Source: Thermoanaerobaculia bacterium (GTDB lineage: Bacteria > Acidobacteriota > Thermoanaerobaculia > Multivoradales > UBA5704). From it: a stretch of 64,000 nt of DNA. The position numbers and the translations under genes were made by a program. The notes beneath the pieces were generated by a model that saw nothing but the letters and a program-made list of their open reading frames with translations, was not told where the DNA came from and made no database searches. The first letter of the stretch is position 1. Each line of letters opens with the position of its first letter. Shown piece by piece: positions 1-7,165 of this stretch. The stretch covers positions 12,857 through 76,856 of the forward strand of contig DATFNZ010000107.1 in the NCBI GenBank assembly GCA_035266085.1, in the 5' to 3' direction.

Positions 1-29
1 GCAGCCCGGTCAGGGCGTGGTTGGTCGAC

Positions 30-377
30 TCAGCGGCGTGCTTCATCCGGTTCCTCTCCCAATCGTTCACCGTCCTGGAGCCTCAAGGCGGCGGGCAGGC
101 GCCGCGGGTCCACCACCACCACCGGCAGCAGGCCGTGCACCGCCAGGCCGACCGGCGCCTCGGCCCCCCAGAACCGCAGCAGCGCCGGCGCCGGCGGACG
201 CACGTTCAGGTTCTCAACCACGCCCAGGATCTCGTCGGCGGCGACCATCTCCCCGCCGGCCGAGATGCGGTAGCCGGCGCCCCGCGCGGCCAGCCCGTCG
301 ACGTCGCCATTGGCGATCCCCCAGACGCTGCCCGCGCGGCGCAGCAGCAGGAAGCCGCGGGCGTGCGGGACGCTCAA
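30..377 (-). CDS. CheW-like coupling protein, short (about 115 aa)
   Basis: The coding frame differs from the cheW frame. A candidate TTG start at 377..375 overlaps the TGA stop of the upstream cheW (TTGA) and has GGGGAG 6 nt upstream. The product (FLLLRRAGSVWGI...YRISAGGEMVAADEILGVVENLNV...LLPVVVVDPRRL) follows a CheW-like pattern. The upstream part of track ORF 30..746 is antisense junk. Confidence 0.45.
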   Translation of the reverse strand: MSVPHARGFLLLRRAGSVWGIANGDVDGLAARGAGYRISAGGEMVAADEILGVVENLNVRPPAPALLRFWGAEAPVGLAVHGLLPVVVVDPRRLPAALRLQDGERLGEEPDEARR

Positions 378-829
378 TGCTCGCTCCCCAGGGCTTCGAG
401 GTTGAGCACGCGGATGACTTCCGTGCCGACCGGCGCCTCGCCCTGAACGAAGCCGCCGTCGCCCGCGACGATCGAGCCGGCGGGCACGTGCACCACCTCC
501 AGGGCCGCGTCCGCCGACAGGCCGACCATCTCCCGCGCCTCCGGGGGCCCCACCCACACCACCACCGTCACCGGATAAGAAGGGTTGGCGCCCGGCGGCG
601 AGCTCACCAGGCGGGCCAGGTTGAGCACCGGCAGCGGCTCGCCGCCGAACTCCGCAAGCCCTTCGAGCTCCCCCGCCGCCCCCGGCAGCGGGTGGACGGT
701 CAGCGCCCGCACCACCCGGCGCACCAGGGTCAGGGGGAGGGCGCACGAGTACTCGCCGGCCCGCACCAGCAGGTGGGTGCCCTCTTCGCGCCGGGTGCGG
801 CTGTCGACCGCCTGGAGGCTCTCGTTCAA
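374..829 (-). CDS. cheW: Chemotaxis coupling protein CheW
   Basis: 151 aa. EYSCALPLTLVRRVVRALTVHPLPGAAGELEGLAEFGGEPLPVLNLARL matches the CheW domain consensus (hydrophobic..V.EV.....tPvP.aP....G..NlRG..lPVvdLr). It lies directly downstream of the MCP gene on the same strand. Confidence 0.8.
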   Translation of the reverse strand: MNESLQAVDSRTRREEGTHLLVRAGEYSCALPLTLVRRVVRALTVHPLPGAAGELEGLAEFGGEPLPVLNLARLVSSPPGANPSYPVTVVVWVGPPEAREMVGLSADAALEVVHVPAGSIVAGDGGFVQGEAPVGTEVIRVLNLEALGSEH

Positions 830-833
830 GGCC

Positions 834-2468
834 TCAGATCCTCGTCCAGCCGGTGACGTTGATGTCGATCCCCAGCACGGCGGCGACCGAGCCGTCGGGG
901 TTGAGCAGGGGCGTGCAGACGGTGAAGCAGGCCTCCGAGTTCTGCATCGACTCGTAGGGCGGGATGAGCGTCGTCCGCCAGTGCCGCGCCACCGCCTTGA
1001 ACCACGGGCGGCTGCGCACGTCCGTCTTGCGCACCTCGGCGGCCAGCGAGCGCTGGCGCTCGTTGAGCAGGTCCTGGTTGAAGCTCAGGACCAGCGTGCT
1101 GCCGTCGAGCCCCATCAGGTAGCCGAGCTCCACGAAGGGCGCGTTGCGCACCAGATCCTCCAGCATCTTGTCCTTCTCCTCGACGCCCTGCACCCCCTCC
1201 AGCCGCCGCGCCCAACCCTCCACCAGGTGCTTGAGGGAGCGCGGCGAGTCGAGGTGGAAGGACTGGGCGAGGAGCTGGATCTCGAGGCCCAGGGTGTTCA
1301 GCCGGTCCGCCGTGCTCGACAGGTTCTTGAGGCCGCCCGTCATCCGCTGCACCACCAGGCTCACCTCGCGCAGCGTCATCACCACCTCGTCCGAGGCGGA
1401 GTTCTGCTGCTGTGTGGCGAGCGAGATCTGCTGGGCCACCCGCGAGGTGTCGCCCGAAGCGCGGCGCAGGTCCTCGATGGCCACCGACGCGGCCCGCGAG
1501 CGCTCCAGCACCCGCGAGGCCTCCTTGCTGCCCTCCTCGGTGGCGACGATGGTGGCGCGGATCGAGCTCGAGAACTCGTCGAGCAGGTTGCGCACCGACT
1601 CCACCGACTCCTGGGAGCGCTGGGCGAGGTGGCGCACCTCCTCGGCCACCACCGAGAAACGCCGGCCGTCCGCACCCGCCGCCGCCGCCTCGATGGCGGC
1701 GTTGAGCGACAGGATGTGGGTCTCTTGGGCGATCTCGGTGATCAGGTCGAGCACCCGGTAGATCTCCTTCGAGCGGGTGCCCAGGGCGTCGGCCCGGCTG
1801 GCGATGGCGCTGATGCGCTTCTGCACCTCCTCGACGCCGGTGACCGCCTCGAACACGGACGCCGAGCCGGCGTCGCCGCTCGCCTCGGCCCGCGAAGCCA
1901 GCTCCGCCTGGCGGGAGGCGTTCTCGGCGATCATCGAGGCGGTGCGCGCCAGCTCCTCCATGGCGGCCGTGATCTCCACCACCGAGGCCGCCTGCTGCGA
2001 GGAGCCCGAGGCCAGCTCCGAGGCGATCTCGTTGACCGCGTCGGCGGCCGAGGCGACCTCGATCGAGCTGTCCTGGATCTGCTGCGCGAGATGGGACAGC
2101 GCCCCGCTCGCCGCCTCGGAGACCTTGGCCAGCCGCTCCGGCAGCTCCCGCGTGTGCTCGATCGAGCGCACCAGGTCGCCCGCCCCGAGCTGCTCGAAGG
2201 ACGTGATCAGCTCGGCCTCGAGCTTCGCCCAGCGCTCCTGCCCCGTGGGCAGCCGCAGCTCCAGGCGGCGGAAATACGGAAACACCCACAGGCCGTAGGC
2301 GATCACCCCGGCGGCGCCGAGCCCCAGGAAGACGTGCCGCGGCCAGCCCGGCCCGCCGGCCGAGCTGCCGGCCGTCAGCAGGAGATACCCCGCCAGCGTG
2401 AGCCCGACGACCAAGATCCAGCCGACCAGGGCGTTCTCGGTGTGGCGCCCCGCGCGCACCGAAGCCAT
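834..2468 (-). CDS. Methyl-accepting chemotaxis protein with a C-terminal Cache-like domain
   Basis: Carries the MCP signalling-domain hallmark THILSLNAAIEAAAAGADGRRFSVVAEEVRHLAQRS. Two N-terminal TM helices (ALVGWILVVGLTLAGYLLL; FLGLGAAGVIAYGLWVF). The ATG at 2468 has GGGGAG 5 nt upstream; the track ORF extends to 2741 without an RBS. The C-terminal 150 aa (RPWFKAV...PPYES...CFTVCTPLLNPDGSVAAVLGIDINV) resemble a Cache/PAS-type sensor fold. Confidence 0.85.
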   Translation of the reverse strand: MASVRAGRHTENALVGWILVVGLTLAGYLLLTAGSSAGGPGWPRHVFLGLGAAGVIAYGLWVFPYFRRLELRLPTGQERWAKLEAELITSFEQLGAGDLVRSIEHTRELPERLAKVSEAASGALSHLAQQIQDSSIEVASAADAVNEIASELASGSSQQAASVVEITAAMEELARTASMIAENASRQAELASRAEASGDAGSASVFEAVTGVEEVQKRISAIASRADALGTRSKEIYRVLDLITEIAQETHILSLNAAIEAAAAGADGRRFSVVAEEVRHLAQRSQESVESVRNLLDEFSSSIRATIVATEEGSKEASRVLERSRAASVAIEDLRRASGDTSRVAQQISLATQQQNSASDEVVMTLREVSLVVQRMTGGLKNLSSTADRLNTLGLEIQLLAQSFHLDSPRSLKHLVEGWARRLEGVQGVEEKDKMLEDLVRNAPFVELGYLMGLDGSTLVLSFNQDLLNERQRSLAAEVRKTDVRSRPWFKAVARHWRTTLIPPYESMQNSEACFTVCTPLLNPDGSVAAVLGIDINVTGWTRI

Positions 2469-2851
2469 GGGCTCCCCGGGGCTGATGGCGGGAAAGGTCG
2501 ACTCTGCGTCCATCCTGAGATCTCTCCTTTGCTGCTGCCCGCTAGGGGCCATCCCGATGAGGCGAGCCCCACCGCGGAGCCTCCGAGGCGGCGCATGGAG
2601 CTCCGGCGCATCAGTCGCTTTCAAACGAAGCAGTGGGCCGTAGAATAGGGAATTCCCCCCCCAGCCGCAAGCCGCGGCGCGGCCCCGAGGACCCCTTGAC
2701 GGCGGTCCGGGTTGAAAGCCCGGCCAAATTCGGCTATACAATTGGCCTAATAATTTCGCTTTCTCTTCAGTCGCGCAAGGGCTGCAGCCCGGGTGGCCCC
2801 CGGCATATTCGAGCTGCGTCCCGCTTCACGTACGTTTTTCAGGGAGATCGT
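2469..2851. promoter_or_regulatory. Divergent intergenic region between the MCP and FadL-like genes
   Basis: 383-bp non-coding gap that must carry both promoters. Candidate elements are TTGAAA (2702..2707) and TATACAAT (2745..2752), but the spacing is non-canonical. A small inverted repeat CCGGGTTGAAAGCCCGG sits at about 2696..2712. Confidence 0.25.
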
Positions 2852-4126
2852 ATGAATCGGAAAGGCTTCGCTCTGCTCCTAGCCCTCACCCTCGTCGCTC
2901 CGGCCGCCTGGGCGGGCAACGGCCACAACCTGCACGGCATCGGCGCCGTCAACAGCTCCATGGGCGGCGCCGGCGTCGCGCTGCCCATCGACACCATCGG
3001 CGGCCTGCTGCTCAACCCCGCGCTGGCCACCCAGTTGGACGGCAGCCGCTTCGCCTTCAGCGCCGAGTACAACACGGCCAAGAACTCCGTCGCGAGCTCG
3101 GTCGCCACCCCGGTGGGCACGTTCAGCGGCAAGACCGACGAGGGCGGCGACACCGCGCTGATCCCGGCCTTCGGCTGGACGTACCACAAGAAGGGCTCGC
3201 GCTTCGCCTCCGGCATGGGCTTCCTCGGCCTCGCCGGCTTCGGCGCCGACTACCCGCAGACCGCCGGCAACCCCATCCTCTCGCCGCAGCCCCAGGGCTT
3301 CGGCCGGGTGTACTCCAACTACCAGCTCCTGAAGGTGCCGACGGTGCTCGCCTGGCAGCTCTCCGACGCCTTCTCCTTCGGCCTGTCGCTGAACGTCGCC
3401 CGCGCCTCGCTGACCGCCAACCCCGCGGGTTTCGCCGCTCCCGACTGCTCGGGCCCCCAGGGCCCCTGCTTCTTCCCCAGCGTCAACACCGACAGCGCCT
3501 GGGGCTTCGGCGCCGGCATCGGCGTGCACTACAAGCTCTCCCCCTCCTTCGCCCTCGGCGCCTCCTACAGCTCGGAGATGGAGTTCGAGGACTTCGAGTG
3601 GAACTCCGCGCACGCCAACCCCAACCTCCCCAACTTCGGCACGGCGCGCACGGTCAAGCTCCAGCTCAACATGCCGGCCCAGGCGATCGTCGGCTTCGGC
3701 TGGACGCCCACCGACCGGCTGGCCGTGGCGGTCGACGGCAAGTGGATCAACTATGAGAAGACCGAGGGCTTCGGCGACGTCCTGGGCTTCGAGGACATCA
3801 TGGTGGCCGAGGTCGGCGTGCAGTACCGGCTGACCGACCGCTTCGCCCTGCGCGGCGGCTACAACCACAGCGAGAACCCGATCCCGGACGACCGCGCCTT
3901 CTTCACCGTCGAGACGCCCGCCATCTTCGAGGACCACTACTCGGGCGGCCTGGGCTTCAAGGCGACGGACTACATGACGCTCGACCTGGCCTATTACCAC
4001 GTCCCCGAGAACGAGATCACCGGTCCCTTCTTCGGCGCCACCGGCCCCGTCGCCGGCACCTCGGTGACCACCGGCATGTCCATGGACTCGCTGGTGGTGA
4101 CGTTCAACTTCGCGCTGCCGCAGTAG
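2852..4126 (+). CDS. Outer-membrane long-chain fatty acid / aromatic hydrocarbon porin, FadL/TodX (Toluene_X) family
   Basis: ATG at 2852 with AGGGAG 5 nt upstream. Signal peptide MNRKGFALLLALTLVAPAAWA. The N-terminal GNGHNLHGIGAVNSSMGGAGVA motif and the alternating beta-strand pattern ending in ...VVTFNFALPQ are typical of the FadL/TodX family. The track ORF start at 2633 is an unsupported 5' extension. Confidence 0.8.
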   Translation: MNRKGFALLLALTLVAPAAWAGNGHNLHGIGAVNSSMGGAGVALPIDTIGGLLLNPALATQLDGSRFAFSAEYNTAKNSVASSVATPVGTFSGKTDEGGDTALIPAFGWTYHKKGSRFASGMGFLGLAGFGADYPQTAGNPILSPQPQGFGRVYSNYQLLKVPTVLAWQLSDAFSFGLSLNVARASLTANPAGFAAPDCSGPQGPCFFPSVNTDSAWGFGAGIGVHYKLSPSFALGASYSSEMEFEDFEWNSAHANPNLPNFGTARTVKLQLNMPAQAIVGFGWTPTDRLAVAVDGKWINYEKTEGFGDVLGFEDIMVAEVGVQYRLTDRFALRGGYNHSENPIPDDRAFFTVETPAIFEDHYSGGLGFKATDYMTLDLAYYHVPENEITGPFFGATGPVAGTSVTTGMSMDSLVVTFNFALPQ

Positions 4127-4130
4127 CCGA

Positions 4131-4215
4131 AGGTCAAAGACTGCAAGGACGACAAGGACTGCAAGGAACCGAGAGTCTTCGTCCTTGCAGTCTTTGCAGT
4201 CCCTGCGGTCCTTCA
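4131..4215. repeat. Palindromic hairpin element built from CAAGGACNG 9-mers (copy 1)
   Basis: CAAAGACTGCAAGGACGA (4136..4153) is the exact reverse complement of TCGTCCTTGCAGTCTTTG (4180..4197). Tandem 9-mers CAAGGACTG/CAAAGACTG flank it. It sits between the convergent FadL-like and M20 genes. A second copy of the same family is at 12966..13075. Confidence 0.7.
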
Positions 4216-4223
4216 ACCCTCTC

Positions 4224-5767
4224 TCAGGGCAACGAGATCTCCGCCATGAGGGCCGCGTACACCTCGATCCCGTCCCACAGATTTTTCAACCGCAGGTTCT
4301 CGTTGATGCCGTGCTGGTTGTTGTCGTGGTTGACGATCGGCACGCCGATCACCGGCGCCTTCAGGGTCTCCGTGAACAGGTACATCGGCACGCTGCCGCC
4401 CAGCATGGGACGATGACGACAGGCCCGCCCACGGCCCTCTCCACGGCCGCGGCGACGGCCCGCGAGGCCGGCAGGCTCATGTCGGTGCGGGCCGCCGGGT
4501 AGTCGAGCGACCAGGAGACCCGCGCCAGCTTCGGATGGGCCCGCCTCGTCTCGCGGTCCGGCGCCGCCGTCACCAGGTGCCACCCCTTGGCGCGGAGGAA
4601 GCCCTCGACCCGCTCCTTGACCTTCTCGGGCGTCTGGTCCGGCACCAGCCGGAAGTCGATCGACACCTGGGCTTCGGTGGGGATGGCGTTCGCCGCTCCC
4701 TCCCCGACCTCGGCCGAGCGGAGCCCCCGCACGTTGAGCGCCGGCGCCATCAGCCGGTCCTGGAGGCGCCCGCCGCCGCCCTCCGTCCGCCCCAGGCCGA
4801 GCTCCGCCGCCAGCCCCTCCTCGACGGCGGGCATGGCGGCGACGGCCCGCTTCTCGGCCTCGTTCAGCGGCCGGACGTCGTCGTAGAAACCGGGGATCAG
4901 GATGCGCCCCTCCTCGTCGCGCAGGCTCGCCACCAGGTGGGCCAGGGCCACCGCCGGATTGGGCGCCCAGTTGCCGTAGTGGCCGCTGTGGAGCGGCCGC
5001 ACCGGCCCGTAGGCCGTGAGCTCCAGCCCCGCCACCCCGCGGGCGCCGTAGTACACCTGCATGCGGCGCGTCGGGTGGACGGGCCCGTCGCAGAGGATCC
5101 AGGCGTCGGCGCCGAGCAGGGAGGCGTGGCGCCGCAGGATCTCCGTCAGGTGCGGCGAGCCCTGCTCCTCCTCCCCTTCCAGGAACAGCTTGAGGTTCAC
5201 CGCCGGCTGCCGGCCCGCGGCGCGCAGGGCGTCGAGCGCCGTCAGGATGGCCACGATGGGCGCCTTGTCGTCGCTCGCCGAGCGGGCGAAGAGCCGCCAC
5301 TCCGGATCGAGCGGCACCTTGGCGGCCGCGAGGTCCACCTCCTTCACGCCTTCGCCCAGCGGCCCCGAGCGCAGCACGGGCTTGAACGGATCGGAGACCC
5401 ACCCCTTCTGGTCCACCGGCTGGCCGTCGTAGTGGGCGTAGAACATCAGCGTCCGCTTCGCCCCGGCCACGCGCAGCTCGCCGTAGACCGAAGGCGGCGT
5501 GCCCTCCCCCGCCGACAGCCGCCGCACCTCGAAGCCGCGGCGCTTCAGCATCGCCGTCAGGCGGTCGGCGTTGCGCTCGACGTCGGCCACCTTGGTGGCG
5601 ACGTTGGGCAGGGAGAGCAGGTCCGACAGCTCGCCCACGATCTCCTTCTCATGCGCCGCGCGGTAGGCCCGCACCTGATCCCGCAACTCGTTGCCCGGCT
5701 GCGCCACGCCCACGGCTGCCGCGAGCCAAAGGGCAAGGCCGGCCAGGGCTGATCTCCGTCCGGTCAT
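4224..5767 (-). CDS. Secreted M20 family metallopeptidase, interrupted by a 1-nt frameshift near 4405..4410
   Basis: Track ORF 4361..5767 carries the signal peptide and the M20 motif (ARSASDDKAPIVAIL) and ends in junk (...VVIVPCWAAACRCTCSRRP). Track ORF 4224..5402, in another frame, carries the genuine M20 C-terminus (MLGGSVPMYLFTETLKAPVIGVPIVNHDNNQHGINENLRLKNLWDGIEVYAALMAEI). The junction is GTCCCATGCTGG, which contains a CCC run. GAGGAG lies before the ATG at 5767. Confidence 0.75.
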
Positions 5768-5854
5768 CTCGTTCTCCTCGAGGGATACACCCGTTCACGG
5801 GCGGCTGACGCCACCGGACAGGTATAGGTGAATCCGTGGATTTTGGAGTGGGAA

Positions 5855-5931
5855 TGGTCGGGGCGAGAGGATTTGAACCTCCGGCCTCACGGTCCCGAAC
5901 CGTGCGCTCTACCAAGCTGAGCTACGCCCCG
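5855..5931 (-). tRNA. tRNA-Pro (anticodon CGG)
   Basis: The reverse complement reads CGGGGCGTAGCTCAGCTTGGTAGAGCGCACGGTTCGGGACCGTGAGGCCGGAGGTTCAAATCCTCTCGCCCCGACCA. It has a 7-bp acceptor stem, a D-arm GCTC/GAGC, anticodon stem CACGG/CCGTG with loop TTCGGGA (anticodon CGG), a T-arm GGAGG-TTCAAAT-CCTCT and an encoded CCA. Confidence 0.9.
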
Positions 5932-6008
5932 ATAAGTTTGCGGTCGAGCGAGTAACACCCGAGGATCAACCGCGAGGAGGGGGAGGATACCGCCTCACGG
6001 CACGGCGG

Positions 6009-6383
6009 TCAAGAGCGGTTCGAGAACGCCTGGGCGAAGGTCTTCAGGGCATAGGTCGAAAGCGCGATCCCGGCGGTCAGCCCCACGGACCGGAGGACGC
6101 CCTCGTTCATCTCCGGCGGCGCCGGCGGAGTCGGCAGGAGGAGCCCCAGAACGGCCACCATGGCCGTGAGCAGCGTCACCGTCGTCAGGGCGACGCGGAG
6201 AGAGTCGTCGACCGACGGCAGGGCCTTGTCGCGCACGACCTTGAGGGTAAAGAAGACCGCGAACATCCCCAGCGCGGCGAGAAAGCACATCTGGGGTGTC
6301 ACATAGGGCAGACACGCCCGGCTCCAGAGATCCAGGCGTGCGGCGATAGGATTGAGCTGAGGTGCCCCGGCCGAGGCGATCAT
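6009..6383 (-). CDS. Hypothetical membrane protein (124 aa)
   Basis: Two or three predicted TM helices (FLAALGMFAVFFTL; LLTAMVAVLGLLL). The ATG at 6383 overlaps the stop of the upstream small ORF (ATGA coupling). Confidence 0.5.
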   Translation of the reverse strand: MIASAGAPQLNPIAARLDLWSRACLPYVTPQMCFLAALGMFAVFFTLKVVRDKALPSVDDSLRVALTTVTLLTAMVAVLGLLLPTPPAPPEMNEGVLRSVGLTAGIALSTYALKTFAQAFSNRS

Positions 6384-6628
6384 GCACCGTGCTTGAGGCG
6401 TGTCTGGGCGGCCCCGGCGCCGGCGAGAGCGCCGAAGAGGGCGCCGAGAATTCCGCCGGGGGCGGCGAAAAGGAACACTCCGACGAGACCCGCGAAGATC
6501 GCCCCGGACGTGGCGTACAGACTCCTGCGTTCATCGTGAGGCTCAGAACAAGCGGCAACGGCTCCGTACACGGCAGCCTCCTTTCTGACTCTTACAGCAG
6601 CGACTTGCGCTTCCAAAGCATAGGCCAT
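6380..6628 (-). CDS. Small glycine-zipper membrane protein (82 aa)
   Basis: Contains GAIFAGLVGVFLFAAPGGILGALFGALAGAGAA. GGGAG lies 6 nt upstream of the ATG at 6628. It is the first gene of a two-gene unit that sits downstream of the A-tract repeat array. Confidence 0.5.
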   Translation of the reverse strand: MAYALEAQVAAVRVRKEAAVYGAVAACSEPHDERRSLYATSGAIFAGLVGVFLFAAPGGILGALFGALAGAGAAQTRLKHGA

Positions 6629-6774
6629 CTGGCGCTCCCAAGGGACTTACAGCTAACCGAGGACATCTTCCAACGCGACCACCCTCCTTGTCAAGGGCCA
6701 AATCACATGGATGGCGGCGACATTTTACGCCAGCAGGGTGGTGCACCTCGGATCGCGGCCGCGGTCCGCCAGAA

Positions 6775-7085
6775 AAACCTCGGCCCCATTGGATCCGGTT
6801 GCTCGACCCCTTGGAAAAAGCGTCCGACCCCTGGATCTCGCGTTTTTCTGGTAGGAAAAACTCCGTACCCATTGGAAAAATCGTCCGACCCATTGGAAAA
6901 AGCGTTTTTCTGGTGGAAAAAACTCCGTACCTATTGGAAAAAGCGTCCAACCCATTGGATCTCGCGTTTTTCTGGTAGAAAAAACTCCGTACCCAGTAGA
7001 AAAAACCGCCGACCCATTGGATATCTGCCGCGACCCAGCAGAAAAATCCCGTATCCATTGGGTCGCGGTCGAGATCCAGCGAAAA
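6775..7085. repeat. Tandem array of degenerate 21-bp repeats (core YC(A/T)GYRG followed by A5-6), at least 10 copies, locally AT-rich
   Basis: Units such as CCCATTGGAAAAAGCG, TCTGGTAGGAAAAACTCC, CCCAGTAGAAAAAACC and CCCAGCAGAAAAATCC recur. A-tract starts fall at 6805, 6846, 6866, 6887, 6907, 6928, 6969, 6990, 7032, 7072 and 7114, giving spacings of 20-21 bp or multiples of that. T5 tracts (CGCGTTTTTCTGG) are interspersed. The array lies between the 3' end of the 7166..8458 gene and the promoter of the 6628..6009 unit. Track ORFs inside it are repeat artefacts. Confidence 0.75.
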
Positions 7086-7165
7086 ATCCGCCGGCCTCAT
7101 GGGTTGGGGCGCCGTTCCGCGGGAAAAAACCGGGCTCCTGAGAAGCGGGCACGAAAAGCCTTTTG

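Noticed and set aside
585-2648. 687-aa plus-strand ORF (and similar long Arg/Pro/Gly/Ala-rich ORFs such as 826..2289, 2879..4216, 8558..11137, 10773..13214, 20443..22497, 23353..25365, 25942..28047, 28341..30608, 34917..36914, 37370..39274, 39927..41948, 61035..63383)
   Set aside because: They lie antisense to, or out of frame with, well-supported genes. Their products are low-complexity R/P/G/A-rich sequence with no motifs. They are typical stop-codon-poor artefacts of a very GC-rich genome.
5768-5931. tRNA-Pro as the attachment site of an integrative element
   Set aside because: No integrase, excisionase, direct-repeat copy of the tRNA 3' end or compositional break is visible on either side within the window.
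6775-7085. Possible CRISPR array
   Set aside because: The repeats are about 21 bp, degenerate and directly abutting or separated by related units. They have no unique spacers of constant length and no cas genes nearby.
6362-7152. Track ORFs inside the repeat array (6362..7141 +, 6543..7100 -, 6688..6978 +, 6725..6955 -, 6931..7152 -)
   Set aside because: Their sequences are just translations of the tandem repeats (recurring FSGRKNSVP / WVRSFFYQKNARS peptides) in several frames on both strands. No RBS and no coherent domain.
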